Assembly: GCF_000026545.1 (NCBI RefSeq)
Contig: NC_011601.1
DNA: 64,000 nucleotides
Reading direction: 5' to 3' (one strand)
Source of the DNA: Escherichia coli O127:H6 str. E2348/69
Lineage (GTDB): Bacteria; Pseudomonadota; Gammaproteobacteria; Enterobacterales; Enterobacteriaceae
In this document: positions 45,673 to 56,543 of the stretch, piece after piece
Layout of the letters: the number at the start of each line of letters is the position of its first letter
Position numbering within the stretch: position 1 is the first letter of the stretch
The notes under the pieces: generated by a model
Databases searched by the model: none
Told to the model about the DNA's origin: nothing
What the model saw: only the letters and a program-made list of their open reading frames with translations
Made by a program: the position numbers and the translations under genes

Positions 45673-46449
45673 ATGTTACGTTTCTCTGCTAATTTATCGA
45701 TGTTATTTGGTGAATATGATTTTCTCGCCCGTTTTGAGAAAGCTGCGCAGTGTGGTTTTCGCGGCGTTGAATTTATGTTCCCTTATGACTACGACATTGA
45801 AGAATTAAAACAGGTGCTGGCGAGTAATAAACTCGAACATACGCTGCACAATTTACCGGCAGGTGACTGGGCGGCGGGCGAGCGGGGTATTGCCTGTATT
45901 CCTGGCCGTGAAGAAGAGTTTCGGGATGGCGTAGCAGCAGCGATTCGTTATGCTCGTGCTCTGGGTAATAAAAAAATTAACTGTCTGGTCGGTAAAACGC
46001 CGACTGGTTTCAGCAGTGAACAGATTCACACAACGCTTGTAGAAAACCTGCGTTATGCCGCAAATATGCTGATGAAAGAAGATATTTTATTACTGATTGA
46101 ACCTATTAACCATTTTGATATTCCTGGTTTCCATCTCACCGGAACCCGGCAGGCACTGAAACTGATTGACGATGTTGGTTGCTGCAATTTGAAAATTCAG
46201 TATGACATTTATCACATGCAGCGGATGGAAGGTGAATTAACTAATACCATGACTCAGTGGGCCGATAAAATTGGTCACCTGCAAATTGCTGATAATCCGC
46301 ATCGCGGCGAACCGGGAACCGGAGAAATTAATTACGAATATCTCTTTACGGTAATTGAAAATTCTGACTACAACGGTTGGGTTGGCTGTGAATATAAACC
46401 CCAAACCACCACGGAAGCTGGTTTAGGCTGGATGGATCCGTACCGTTAA
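45673..46449 (+). CDS. hyi: Hydroxypyruvate isomerase, 258 aa
   Basis: ORF track; recognised. Confidence 0.9.
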   Translation: MLRFSANLSMLFGEYDFLARFEKAAQCGFRGVEFMFPYDYDIEELKQVLASNKLEHTLHNLPAGDWAAGERGIACIPGREEEFRDGVAAAIRYARALGNKKINCLVGKTPTGFSSEQIHTTLVENLRYAANMLMKEDILLLIEPINHFDIPGFHLTGTRQALKLIDDVGCCNLKIQYDIYHMQRMEGELTNTMTQWADKIGHLQIADNPHRGEPGTGEINYEYLFTVIENSDYNGWVGCEYKPQTTTEAGLGWMDPYR

Positions 46450-46548
46450 AACGTAACGCTATTCAGACAATGCTTTTTTAGGCCGCTAAGTTGGCAGGGG
46501 ATCGTGTTGTCTGAATTCAGGAAAAGCGAAATTTAAAAGAGGTTAATT

Positions 46549-47427
46549 ATGAAACTGGGATTTATTGGCTTAGGCATTATGGGTACACCGATGGCCATTA
46601 ATCTGGCACGTGCCGGTCATCAACTGCATGTCACAACCATTGGTCCGGTTGCTGATGAATTACTGTCACTGGGCGCCGTTAGTGTTGAAACTGCGCGCCA
46701 GGTAACGGAAGCATCGGACATCATTTTTATTATGGTGCCGGATACGCCACAGGTTGAAGACGTTCTGTTTGGTGAAAATGGTTGTACCAAAGCCTCGCTG
46801 AAGGGCAAAACCATTGTTGATATGAGCTCCATTTCCCCGATTGAAACTAAACGTTTCGCTCGTCAGGTGAATGAACTGGGCGGCGATTATCTCGATGCGC
46901 CAGTCTCCGGCGGTGAAATCGGCGCGCGTGAAGGGACGTTATCGATTATGGTTGGCGGTGATGAAGCAGTATTTGAACGTGTAAAACCGCTGTTTGAACT
47001 GCTCGGTAAAAATATCACTCTCGTGGGCGGTAACGGCGACGGTCAAACCTGCAAAGTGGCAAATCAGATTATCGTGGCGCTCAATATTGAAGCGGTTTCT
47101 GAAGCCTTGTTGTTTGCTTCAAAAGCCGGTGCGGACCCGGTACGTGTGCGCCAGGCGCTGATGGGCGGCTTTGCTTCCTCACGTATTCTGGAAGTTCACG
47201 GTGAGCGCATGATTAAACGCACCTTTAATCCAGGTTTCAAAATTGCGCTGCACCAGAAAGATCTCAACCTGGCACTGCAAAGTGCGAAAGCACTGGCGCT
47301 GAACCTGCCAAACACCGCGACCTGCCAGGAATTGTTTAATACATGTGCGGCAAACGGTGGCAGCCAGTTGGATCACTCTGCGTTAGTGCAGGCGCTGGAA
47401 TTAATGGCTAACCATAAACTGGCCTGA
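46549..47427 (+). CDS. glxR: Tartronate semialdehyde reductase, 292 aa
   Basis: ORF track; Rossmann motif GFIGLGIMG. Confidence 0.9.
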   Translation: MKLGFIGLGIMGTPMAINLARAGHQLHVTTIGPVADELLSLGAVSVETARQVTEASDIIFIMVPDTPQVEDVLFGENGCTKASLKGKTIVDMSSISPIETKRFARQVNELGGDYLDAPVSGGEIGAREGTLSIMVGGDEAVFERVKPLFELLGKNITLVGGNGDGQTCKVANQIIVALNIEAVSEALLFASKAGADPVRVRQALMGGFASSRILEVHGERMIKRTFNPGFKIALHQKDLNLALQSAKALALNLPNTATCQELFNTCAANGGSQLDHSALVQALELMANHKLA

Positions 47428-47596
47428 TACCCGCAATAAAAATGGCCGATATCAGAAAATGAATCGGCCAGCAATATTAAAAAAAGAAAGCAGCCAAAGA
47501 TGTTGCTTCAGTATTAAAAATAATATTTTTATTTTATTTGTTCCTCATAGCTAGATTAAAACAACGTTATTCGATACGTGAAATTAAGAGGGATTT

Positions 47597-49051
47597 ATGG
47601 AACATCAGAGAAAATTATTCCAGCAACGCGGCTATAGCGAAGATCTACTGCCGAAAACGCAAAGTCAGCGGACCTGGAAAACATTTAACTATTTTACCTT
47701 ATGGATGGGTTCGGTTCATAACGTTCCCAATTATGTGATGGTTGGCGGCTTTTTTATTCTCGGCTTGTCTACCTTTAGTATTATGCTGGCAATTATCCTC
47801 AGCGCCTTTTTCATTGCCGCGGTAATGGTATTAAACGGTGCTGCGGGCAGTAAATACGGCGTACCGTTTGCCATGATCCTGCGTGCTTCTTACGGCGTAC
47901 GTGGTGCACTGTTTCCCGGATTATTAAGAGGCGGTATTGCTGCCATTATGTGGTTTGGCCTGCAATGTTACGCGGGGTCACTGGCCTGCTTGATTCTGAT
48001 TGGCAAAATCTGGCCGGGATTTTTGACTCTCGGTGGCGATTTCACACTGTTAGGCCTTTCTCTACCGGGCTTAATTACTTTTTTACTCTTCTGGCTGGTT
48101 AACGTTGGTATTGGTTTTGGCGGCGGAAAAGTTTTAAATAAATTCACTGCCATTCTTAACCCGTGCATCTATATCGTTTTCGGCGGTATGGCGATTTGGG
48201 CGATTTCGCTGGTCGGGATCGGTCCAATCTTTGACTACATTCCGGGCGGTATTCAGAAAGCAGAAAACAGTGGCTTCCTGTTTCTGGTGGTGATAAACGC
48301 GGTGGTTGCGGTCTGGGCGGCACCGGCGGTGAGCGCATCCGACTTTACGCAAAACGCCCACTCGTTTCGTGAGCAGGCGTTGGGGCAAACGCTGGGTTTA
48401 GTTGTGGCCTATATTCTGTTTGCGGTCGCCGGGGTATGTATTATTGCCGGAGCCAGTATTCATTACGGCGCTGACACCTGGAACGTGCTGGATATTGTTC
48501 AGCGTTGGGACAGCCTGTTCGCCTCGTTCTTTGCGGTACTGGTTATTCTGATGACGACTATCTCTACTAACGCCACCGGTAATATTATTCCGGCTGGTTA
48601 TCAGATTGCCGCCATTGCACCGACGAAACTGACCTATAAAAACGGCGTACTGATTGCCAGTATTATCAGCCTGCTGATCTGCCCGTGGAAATTAATGGAA
48701 AATCAGGACAGTATTTATCTGTTCCTCGATATTATCGGCGGAATGCTTGGTCCGGTAATTGGTGTGATGATGGCGCATTATTTTGTGGTGATGCGTGGGC
48801 AAATTAATCTTGATGAACTGTACACCGCACCTGGCGATTATAAATATTACGATAACGGTTTTAACCTCACCGCGTTTTCAGTAACTCTGGTGGCCGTTAT
48901 TTTATCTCTTGGCGGTAAGTTTATTCCCTTTATGGAACCGTTATCACGTGTTTCATGGTTTGTCGGCGTCATCGTCGCCTTTGCGGCCTACGCCTTATTA
49001 AAGAAACGTACAACAGCAGAAAAAACAGGAGAACAAAAAACCATAGGTTAA
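47597..49051 (+). CDS. ybbW: NCS1-family allantoin permease, 484 aa
   Basis: ORF track; multi-pass permease; position between glxR and allB. Confidence 0.8.
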   Translation: MEHQRKLFQQRGYSEDLLPKTQSQRTWKTFNYFTLWMGSVHNVPNYVMVGGFFILGLSTFSIMLAIILSAFFIAAVMVLNGAAGSKYGVPFAMILRASYGVRGALFPGLLRGGIAAIMWFGLQCYAGSLACLILIGKIWPGFLTLGGDFTLLGLSLPGLITFLLFWLVNVGIGFGGGKVLNKFTAILNPCIYIVFGGMAIWAISLVGIGPIFDYIPGGIQKAENSGFLFLVVINAVVAVWAAPAVSASDFTQNAHSFREQALGQTLGLVVAYILFAVAGVCIIAGASIHYGADTWNVLDIVQRWDSLFASFFAVLVILMTTISTNATGNIIPAGYQIAAIAPTKLTYKNGVLIASIISLLICPWKLMENQDSIYLFLDIIGGMLGPVIGVMMAHYFVVMRGQINLDELYTAPGDYKYYDNGFNLTAFSVTLVAVILSLGGKFIPFMEPLSRVSWFVGVIVAFAAYALLKKRTTAEKTGEQKTIG

Positions 49052-49110
49052 TTAATCACGATATTGAACATTGAGTTAAAAACCAATCTGTATTTTACAA
49101 GGAGTTTGTT

Positions 49111-50472
49111 ATGTCTTTTGATTTAATCATTAAAAACGGCACCGTTATTTTAGAAAACGAAGCTCGCGTTGTAGATATCGCCGTTAAAGACGGAAAAATT
49201 GCTGCTATCGGTCAGGATCTGGGCGATGCAAAAGACGTTATGGATGCGTCTGGTCTGGTGGTTTCGCCGGGCATGGTTGATGCGCACACCCATATTTCTG
49301 AACCGGGTCGCAGCCACTGGGAAGGTTATGAAACCGGTACTCGCGCAGCAGCAAAAGGTGGTATCACCACCATGATCGAAATGCCGCTCAACCAGCTGCC
49401 TGCAACGGTTGACCGCGCCTCAATTGAACTGAAGTTCGATGCCGCTAAAGGAAAGCTGACTATCGATGCGGCACAACTCGGTGGCCTGGTGTCTTACAAC
49501 ATTGACCGTCTGCATGAGTTGGATGAAGTGGGTGTTGTCGGTTTCAAATGCTTCGTTGCGACCTGTGGCGATCGCGGTATCGACAACGACTTCCGTGACG
49601 TCAATGACTGGCAATTCTTCAAAGGCGCGCAGAAGCTGGGTGAACTAGGCCAGCCGGTGCTGGTGCACTGCGAAAACGCGCTGATCTGTGACGCACTGGG
49701 CGAAGAAGCGAAGCGTGAAGGTCGCGTAACTGCCCATGACTATGTGGCTTCGCGTCCGGTATTTACCGAAGTGGAAGCGATTCGCCGCGTACTGTACCTG
49801 GCGAAAGTCGCTGGTTGCCGTCTGCACGTTTGCCACGTCAGCAGCCCGGAAGGTGTTGAGGAAGTGACTCGTGCACGTCAGGAAGGTCAGGATGTTACTT
49901 GTGAATCCTGCCCGCATTACTTTGTGCTGGATACCGATCAGTTCGAAGAAATCGGTACTCTGGCGAAGTGTTCACCGCCGATCCGCGATCTGGAAAACCA
50001 GAAAGGCATGTGGGAAAAACTGTTTAACGGTGAAATAGACTGCCTGGTTTCCGACCACTCTCCATGCCCGCCGGAAATGAAAGCCGGTAACATCATGAAA
50101 GCGTGGGGCGGTATCGCTGGTCTGCAAAGCTGCATGGACGTGATGTTCGATGAAGCGGTACAGAAACGCGGAATGTCTCTGCCAATGTTCGGCAAATTAA
50201 TGGCGACTAACGCAGCAGATATTTTCGGTCTGCAGCAAAAAGGCCGTATCGCCCCAGGAAAAGATGCCGACTTCGTCTTCATTCAGCCGAATAGCAGCTA
50301 TGTTCTTACCAATGACGATCTGGAATATCGCCACAAAGTCAGCCCGTATGTTGGCCGTACTATTGGCGCGCGTATCACGAAAACCATCTTACGTGGTGAT
50401 GTGATTTACGATATCGAACAGGGCTTCCCTGTTGCGCCGAAAGGTCAATTTATCCTTAAACATCAGCAGTAA
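49111..50472 (+). CDS. allB: Allantoinase, 453 aa
   Basis: ORF track; amidohydrolase metal ligands (DAHTH). Confidence 0.9.
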
Positions 50473-50521
50473 TCTGGCCCTGCAATGCCCGTCCTTGTGG
50501 CGGGCATTCTCCGGTTAAGGT

Positions 50522-51829
50522 GTGTTTATGTTCAATTTTGCAGTGGGCCGCGAAAGCCTGTTATCAGGATTTCAGTGGTTTTTCTTTATTTTTTGCAACA
50601 CGGTTGTGGTTCCTCCTACGCTACTTTCTGCTTTTCAGTTGCCTCAAAGTAGCCTGCTTACGCTCACGCAATATGCTTTTCTTGCTACCGCACTGGCCTG
50701 CTTCGCTCAGGCGTTCTGCGGTCATCGTCGCGCTATTATGGAGGGGCCGGGCGGCCTGTGGTGGGGAACCATCCTGACTATCACCCTTGGCGAAGCATCG
50801 CGCGGGACACCGATCAACGATATCGCTACCAGTCTGGCGGTGGGGATTGCGCTCTCCGGCGTGCTGACGATGTTGATTGGTTTTAGCGGATTAGGCCATC
50901 GCCTGGCACGGTTATTTACGCCGTCTGTGATGGTCTTGTTTATGTTGATGCTGGGTGCGCAACTGACCACTATCTTTTTCAAAGGTATGCTCGGGCTGCC
51001 GTTTGGCATAGCCGACCCGAATTTTAAAATTCAATTACCGCCGTTCGCGCTCTCGGTGGCGGTGATGTGCCTGGTACTGGCGATGATTATTTTCCTGCCA
51101 CAACGTTTTGCCCGTTACGGCCTGCTGGTCGGTACGATAACCGGCTGGTTGTTGTGGTACTTTTGCTTTCCTTCTTCGCATTCGCTCTCCGGTGAGTTGC
51201 ACTGGCAGTGGTTCCCGCTCGGCAGTGGCGGTGCTTTGTCGCCGGGGATTATTCTGACGGCGGTGATTACAGGTCTGGTAAATATCAGCAATACCTACGG
51301 TGCGATTCGGGGCACGGATGTTTTTTATCCGCAGCAGGGCGCGGGGAATACGCGTTATCGTCGCAGCTTTGTGGCGACCGGATTTATGACACTGATAACC
51401 GTGCCGCTGGCAGTAATTCCATTTTCACCGTTTGTTTCATCCATTGGTTTATTAACCCAGACTGGCGATTACACGCGGCGTTCGTTTATTTATGGCAGCG
51501 TTATTTGCCTGCTGGTGGCACTGGTTCCGGCACTCACGCGACTGTTTTGCAGTATCCCTTTACCCGTGAGTAGCGCGGTCATGCTGGTTTCTTATCTGCC
51601 TTTACTCTTTTCCGCGCTGGTGTTTAGCCAGCAAATAACGTTTACCGCTCGCAATATTTATCGACTCGCATTGCCGTTATTTGTCGGCATATTTTTAATG
51701 GCATTACCGCCTGTGTATCTGCAAGACCTTCCATTAACGCTTCGTCCTCTGCTCAGTAACGGCTTACTGGTCGGAATTTTACTGGCTGTTCTTATGGATA
51801 ATCTTATTCCGTGGGAACGCATCGAATAA
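50522..51829 (+). CDS. ybbY: Putative purine/uracil-family permease YbbY, about 433 aa (start uncertain)
   Basis: ORF track; hydrophobic multi-pass; conserved position. Confidence 0.75.
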   Translation: MFMFNFAVGRESLLSGFQWFFFIFCNTVVVPPTLLSAFQLPQSSLLTLTQYAFLATALACFAQAFCGHRRAIMEGPGGLWWGTILTITLGEASRGTPINDIATSLAVGIALSGVLTMLIGFSGLGHRLARLFTPSVMVLFMLMLGAQLTTIFFKGMLGLPFGIADPNFKIQLPPFALSVAVMCLVLAMIIFLPQRFARYGLLVGTITGWLLWYFCFPSSHSLSGELHWQWFPLGSGGALSPGIILTAVITGLVNISNTYGAIRGTDVFYPQQGAGNTRYRRSFVATGFMTLITVPLAVIPFSPFVSSIGLLTQTGDYTRRSFIYGSVICLLVALVPALTRLFCSIPLPVSSAVMLVSYLPLLFSALVFSQQITFTARNIYRLALPLFVGIFLMALPPVYLQDLPLTLRPLLSNGLLVGILLAVLMDNLIPWERIE

Positions 51830-51850
51830 TTTGTTGAAAAAGGATTGATA

Positions 51851-52996
51851 ATGAAGATTGTCATTGCGCCAGACTCTTTTAAAGAGAGCTTAAGTGCAGA
51901 AAAATGTTGTCAGGCAATTAAAGCCGGGTTTTCGACCCTCTTTCCCGATGCGCACTATATCTGTTTGCCGATAGCGGATGGCGGCGAAGGGACGGTGGAG
52001 GCGATGGTTGCCGCGACGGACGGTAACATCGTGAAGCTTGAAGTCTGTGGACCGATGGGCGAAACAGTGAATGCTTTTTATGGCCTTACCGGCGACGGGA
52101 AAACGGCAGTGATTGAGATGGCGGCAGCAAGTGGCCTGATGCTGGTCGCGCCTGAAAAGCGTAATCCGTTGCTGGCCTCCAGTTTTGGTACGGGGGAGTT
52201 AATTCGCCATGCGCTGGATAACGGCATTCGCCATATTATTCTCGGCATTGGCGGCAGTGCGACGGTCGACGGCGGTATGGGCATGGCGCAGGCGCTCGGT
52301 GTGCGTTTCCTTGATGCCGACGGTCAGCCGCTGGCGGCTAACGGCGGCAATTTAGCGCGCGTGGCAAGTATTGAGATGAATGAATGCGATCCGCGTCTGG
52401 CGAACTGTCATATTGAAGTCGCATGTGATGTTGATAACCCGCTGGTAGGGGCACGCGGCGCGGCGGCGGTGTTTGGCCCGCAAAAAGGGGCAACGCCGGA
52501 GATGGTCGAAGAGCTGGAACAGGGGCTGCAAAATTACGCCCGTGTTTTACAACAGCTAACTGAAATCAACGTCTGCCAGATGGCGGGTGGTGGCGCGGCG
52601 GGCGGTATGGGCATTGCGGCGGCGGTATTCCTCAATGCGGATATTAAACCGGGTATTGAGATTGTGTTGAATGCGGTCAATCTTGCGCAGGCAGTGCAGG
52701 GTGCAGCACTGGTGATCACCGGGGAAGGGCGCATCGACTCGCAAACGGCAGGCGGTAAAGCGCCGCTGGGTGTGGCATCGGTGGCGAAGCAGTTTAATGT
52801 CCCGGTGATTGGGATTGCTGGCGTATTGGGTGATGGCGTGGAAGTGGTGCACCAGTACGGCATTGACGCGGTATTCAGCATTTTGCCTCGTCTGGCACCT
52901 TTAGCCGAAGTGCTCGCCAGCGGTGAAACCAATCTCTTCAACAGCGCGCGTAATATTGCCTGCGCCATTAAAATAGGTCAGGGAATTAAAAACTGA
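51851..52996 (+). CDS. glxK: Glycerate 2-kinase (glycerate kinase II), 381 aa
   Basis: ORF 51845..52996 trimmed to [16 protein letters not shown]. Confidence 0.85.
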   Translation: MKIVIAPDSFKESLSAEKCCQAIKAGFSTLFPDAHYICLPIADGGEGTVEAMVAATDGNIVKLEVCGPMGETVNAFYGLTGDGKTAVIEMAAASGLMLVAPEKRNPLLASSFGTGELIRHALDNGIRHIILGIGGSATVDGGMGMAQALGVRFLDADGQPLAANGGNLARVASIEMNECDPRLANCHIEVACDVDNPLVGARGAAAVFGPQKGATPEMVEELEQGLQNYARVLQQLTEINVCQMAGGGAAGGMGIAAAVFLNADIKPGIEIVLNAVNLAQAVQGAALVITGEGRIDSQTAGGKAPLGVASVAKQFNVPVIGIAGVLGDGVEVVHQYGIDAVFSILPRLAPLAEVLASGETNLFNSARNIACAIKIGQGIKN

Positions 52997-53124
52997 CTAT
53001 TACCTTTAAAGCGGATGCGATTTATATCGCATCTTTTTTTACCTGAATTGACTACAAAAAAAGCCACGGAATAAACCGTGGCAAAATCCAACATAGCTAA
53101 AAATAATCAGGCGAGTGGTATGAC

Positions 53125-53910
53125 TTAAATCTCTACGTCGCGGTTGCAATCTTTCGAGTAAATATAGCTGAACGCTTCACCACGCCCCACGCCATAACCG
53201 GCCTGTAAGGAATAAGCGCCCATAAAGATGTAATCGCCTTTTTTCACCGGGATCCAGTTATTGTCGAGGTTATAAACCCCCTGACCGGAAAGAATATAGG
53301 CACCGTGTTCCTGAACGTGTGTTTCGATATAACCATGGCTGGCACCTGGCGCAAAAGAGAGGATATGCATGTTCATATCAAAACCTAACTCTTTGGGCAG
53401 AAAATCCAGCAGAATAACATCGTCCATGCCTTCATAATGAATGCGTTCCAGTTCGCTGGCATTGCCAGAAACCAGCCACGGCGCATGACCTTCTACCGGA
53501 ATATAGCGACGCTTATATAAAAAGATTTGGCTGTCTTCGGCCTGGGCGTTAACAAACGTCATTAAGGAGCCTGGCGGGCAATAAAGATAGCCACCTTCAC
53601 TTAAGGTAAATGTTTTCCCTTCGGCTTTGGCAGTGATATTTCCAGAGATCACATACAGGAACGTTTCAATGCCTTCGCCACCGAAGCCCTGTTGGTTGCC
53701 GCCGTTTTGATGCAGTGTGACCAGATAATCAACAAAAGAGGCACCCAGCTTTGGCGTGGAGAGGATTGTCGCGTCACAATTTTCAAAGCCCGGAATAATA
53801 TTTTTTACCAGACCGTCTGGTGTTAACAGTGCGAAATTACCGTGTTTCACAATCGCACGGTTAGCCAGTAAATCATCGCGGTAACCGGTGACGTTATTTA
53901 AATATCCCAT
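53125..53910 (-). CDS. allE: (S)-ureidoglycine aminohydrolase (cupin; YlbA), 261 aa
   Basis: ORF track; recognised. Confidence 0.85.
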   Translation of the reverse strand: MGYLNNVTGYRDDLLANRAIVKHGNFALLTPDGLVKNIIPGFENCDATILSTPKLGASFVDYLVTLHQNGGNQQGFGGEGIETFLYVISGNITAKAEGKTFTLSEGGYLYCPPGSLMTFVNAQAEDSQIFLYKRRYIPVEGHAPWLVSGNASELERIHYEGMDDVILLDFLPKELGFDMNMHILSFAPGASHGYIETHVQEHGAYILSGQGVYNLDNNWIPVKKGDYIFMGAYSLQAGYGVGRGEAFSYIYSKDCNRDVEI

Positions 53911-53920
53911 TTATAACTCC

Positions 53921-55156
53921 TTATTTCTGCCAGGCAAGTTGATAAAGCATGAGTGCCAACGTTTTGACCCCTTCGGCAAGGTCGGTAATATTGGTGCGTT
54001 CCGCCGGGTTATGGCTGATCCCGTTGATGCTGGGAATGAAAATCATGCAGGTCGGCACGCGAGGCGCGAAAATTTGCGCGTCGTGCCCGGCACCACTGTG
54101 CATCACCCGGTAATTCAGTTTTTCGCTTTCACACAATTCTGTCAGGGTGGCGACCAACTCCTTATTCATCGGCACGGGTTCTTCGTCCATCCATAAATCG
54201 ATATCAATACCAATATCCATTTCATCGCAAATCGCCCGCATGTCGTTTTCTAACTGTTGGGTGAAATCGCGCAGCACGGTAGCGTCGGTATGACGACAAT
54301 CAATGGTGAACGTGGTTTTACCCGGCACTACATTCACCGTATTCGGGCGCGGCTCTACTTTGCCAAAGGTCAGAACCAGCGGGTCGCCCATCTTTTTCGC
54401 TTTTTCGACAGACTGATGGCAAATGCGACTGAAAGCGTAAACCGTATCACGACGATAACCCATCGGCGTGGTGCCTGCATGGTTTGATTCGCCATTCAGC
54501 GTCACCGTATAACGACGCTGCCCGACAATTGCATTCACCACGCCAATTGATTGCCCATTACTTTCCAGCACACAGCCCTGTTCGATATGCAGTTCGACAA
54601 AGGCTTTAATATCCTGACGCGGAGTTAGTGGGGCGTTCGGCAGAGTAAATCCGCAAGCCTTCATCGCATCGACAAAACTATTTCCTTTGGCATCACAGAT
54701 ATTCCGCACGTCGTCAGGATTCGACAGCCCAAAAATATTTTTACTGCCCCAGAAAACATACGGGAAGCGGCTGCCTTCTTCTTCTGCCATCGCCACCACT
54801 TCGACCGTACGTAACGGCGCGCCGTATTGCGTTTTCAGCCAGTCAATAGCCAGCCACGCCGCCAGCGCACCGAATTGCCCGTCGAGGTTACCGCCGTTAA
54901 CCACGGTATCGATATGCGAACCGCTCAGAACCACTTCCTGTGGATATTCGGTGCCACTCAGGCGACCGTATAAATTCCCCACTTCATCGAAACGTGTTTC
55001 CAGCCCGCTTGCTGCCATTCTTTTTTTAAACTGCTGCTGGGTTTCCAGCCATTCCGGCGAATAAAGTAAACGGGTCATCCCACCCGCTGGGTCAGCGCCA
55101 AAAGAGGAAAGCCAGGGCAGCGTTTCTTCTATAGCTTGACGGAAATGTGTAATCAT
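53921..55156 (-). CDS. allC: Allantoate amidohydrolase, 411 aa
   Basis: ORF 53921..55174 trimmed to MITHFRQAIEE... Confidence 0.85.
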   Translation of the reverse strand: MITHFRQAIEETLPWLSSFGADPAGGMTRLLYSPEWLETQQQFKKRMAASGLETRFDEVGNLYGRLSGTEYPQEVVLSGSHIDTVVNGGNLDGQFGALAAWLAIDWLKTQYGAPLRTVEVVAMAEEEGSRFPYVFWGSKNIFGLSNPDDVRNICDAKGNSFVDAMKACGFTLPNAPLTPRQDIKAFVELHIEQGCVLESNGQSIGVVNAIVGQRRYTVTLNGESNHAGTTPMGYRRDTVYAFSRICHQSVEKAKKMGDPLVLTFGKVEPRPNTVNVVPGKTTFTIDCRHTDATVLRDFTQQLENDMRAICDEMDIGIDIDLWMDEEPVPMNKELVATLTELCESEKLNYRVMHSGAGHDAQIFAPRVPTCMIFIPSINGISHNPAERTNITDLAEGVKTLALMLYQLAWQK

Positions 55157-55177
55157 AAGAAAGTCCTGTCTCAATAA

Positions 55178-56227
55178 TTATTGCGCAAAGGGATTTTTCG
55201 TTTCGTATGACGTGTTATAAAGCGCGTCGGAAATTAAATACTGGTAAATATCATCAACAATTTCGATGCCTTCGACGGCGGCTTTGCGTTGTTTAATATC
55301 CTGATCCTGTCCGGGATAATAAACCTGATTAAAACCGGGCGCGGGGGTAATGGTATTTAATTCGCGCATGGTCTGGCTAAGATGTTGACGGAATAATTCG
55401 CTGGAGGAGAAAAAGTTCGGGTTAATAACTATATGTAATTGCCCCAAATTACGCCCGGCGTGTAAATCGTCATACATCGAACTAACCTGTCGCCCGAACG
55501 GTAAGCCGAGTAAGACGCCTGAGAGGACGTCAATCATCATCATCAGGCCATACCCTTTCGGCCCAGCGGCGGGGAGCAGAGCATGTACCGCGAACGGATC
55601 GGTTGTTGGTGCACCGTTTTTATCGACTGCCCAGGTATCCGGGATAGACATATTGCGCGAGCGGGCGTCGAGCACTTTTCCCCATGCCTGTACGGTAGTC
55701 GCCATATCGAAGGTAAGGATCTCATCGCCTTCTCCCGGCGCGGCAAAGGCCAGTGGGTTAGTGCCGTAGTAAATTTCCGCGCCGCCAAACGGCACCACCA
55801 TTGGATCGGACTGGCACAGCGAAATGCCAATCAATCCGGCGCGGGCAGCCTGCTGCACAAAATAAGAGATTGCGCCGCTGTGACCCATCCGGCTGATACC
55901 GACCACCGCAACGCCTTTTTGCTGGGCGGTTTTGATGGCATGTTCCATACCCATTTTCGCCGCGACCTGTCCGGCGGCATTGTCGGCATGTAAAATTGCC
56001 GAGCACGGTCCGGTTTCCTCAAGACGAAACTCCGGTTCGCGGTTGGTGCCGCCTTTTGAAATGCGTTCGGCGTAGTATTCAACGCGCACCGCGCCATGAG
56101 AGTGGATCCCTCTGGCATCGGCGTAAACCAATACTTCAGCCACGGTTGCAGCGTGCTCACGTTTTAACCCAGCCTGGCAGAGTTTATTCTCGATTAGCTG
56201 GTGGAGTGTTTCCCGACTGATTTTCAT
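55178..56227 (-). CDS. allD: Ureidoglycolate dehydrogenase, 349 aa
   Basis: ORF track; recognised. Confidence 0.85.
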   Translation of the reverse strand: MKISRETLHQLIENKLCQAGLKREHAATVAEVLVYADARGIHSHGAVRVEYYAERISKGGTNREPEFRLEETGPCSAILHADNAAGQVAAKMGMEHAIKTAQQKGVAVVGISRMGHSGAISYFVQQAARAGLIGISLCQSDPMVVPFGGAEIYYGTNPLAFAAPGEGDEILTFDMATTVQAWGKVLDARSRNMSIPDTWAVDKNGAPTTDPFAVHALLPAAGPKGYGLMMMIDVLSGVLLGLPFGRQVSSMYDDLHAGRNLGQLHIVINPNFFSSSELFRQHLSQTMRELNTITPAPGFNQVYYPGQDQDIKQRKAAVEGIEIVDDIYQYLISDALYNTSYETKNPFAQ

Positions 56228-56543
56228 CTGTCTTCCTTTTTAACGACGGTGTGAAGCATGACTGCAATTAACATACAGGGAAAATATCTGGATTATGTGA
56301 TCCAGACAGGCAAAAAAATATAGTTAGAATTTATTTGATAATCTTCGTGCTTTTAACCTGGTTTTTAAAACAACCATGCTTATTAAAAAATAACGCGTAA
56401 TAGTCTGGCGGTTATTTGAATTCTTTTGTTAATAATCCACGTGTGATATTCATCACCTTATTTACTCGTTGTCATCGATACCGTAATCGCCACATTAACA
56501 CTGCTCGTGCAATTGCCATGGGTGCAATTTTTAAGGAGTTGTT

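Noticed and set aside
47538-47738. 66-aa ORF overlapping the start of ybbW (resembles the small ybbV ORF annotated in K-12)
   Set aside because: No ribosome-binding site noted, overlaps the permease start, and the composition looks non-coding; probably spurious.
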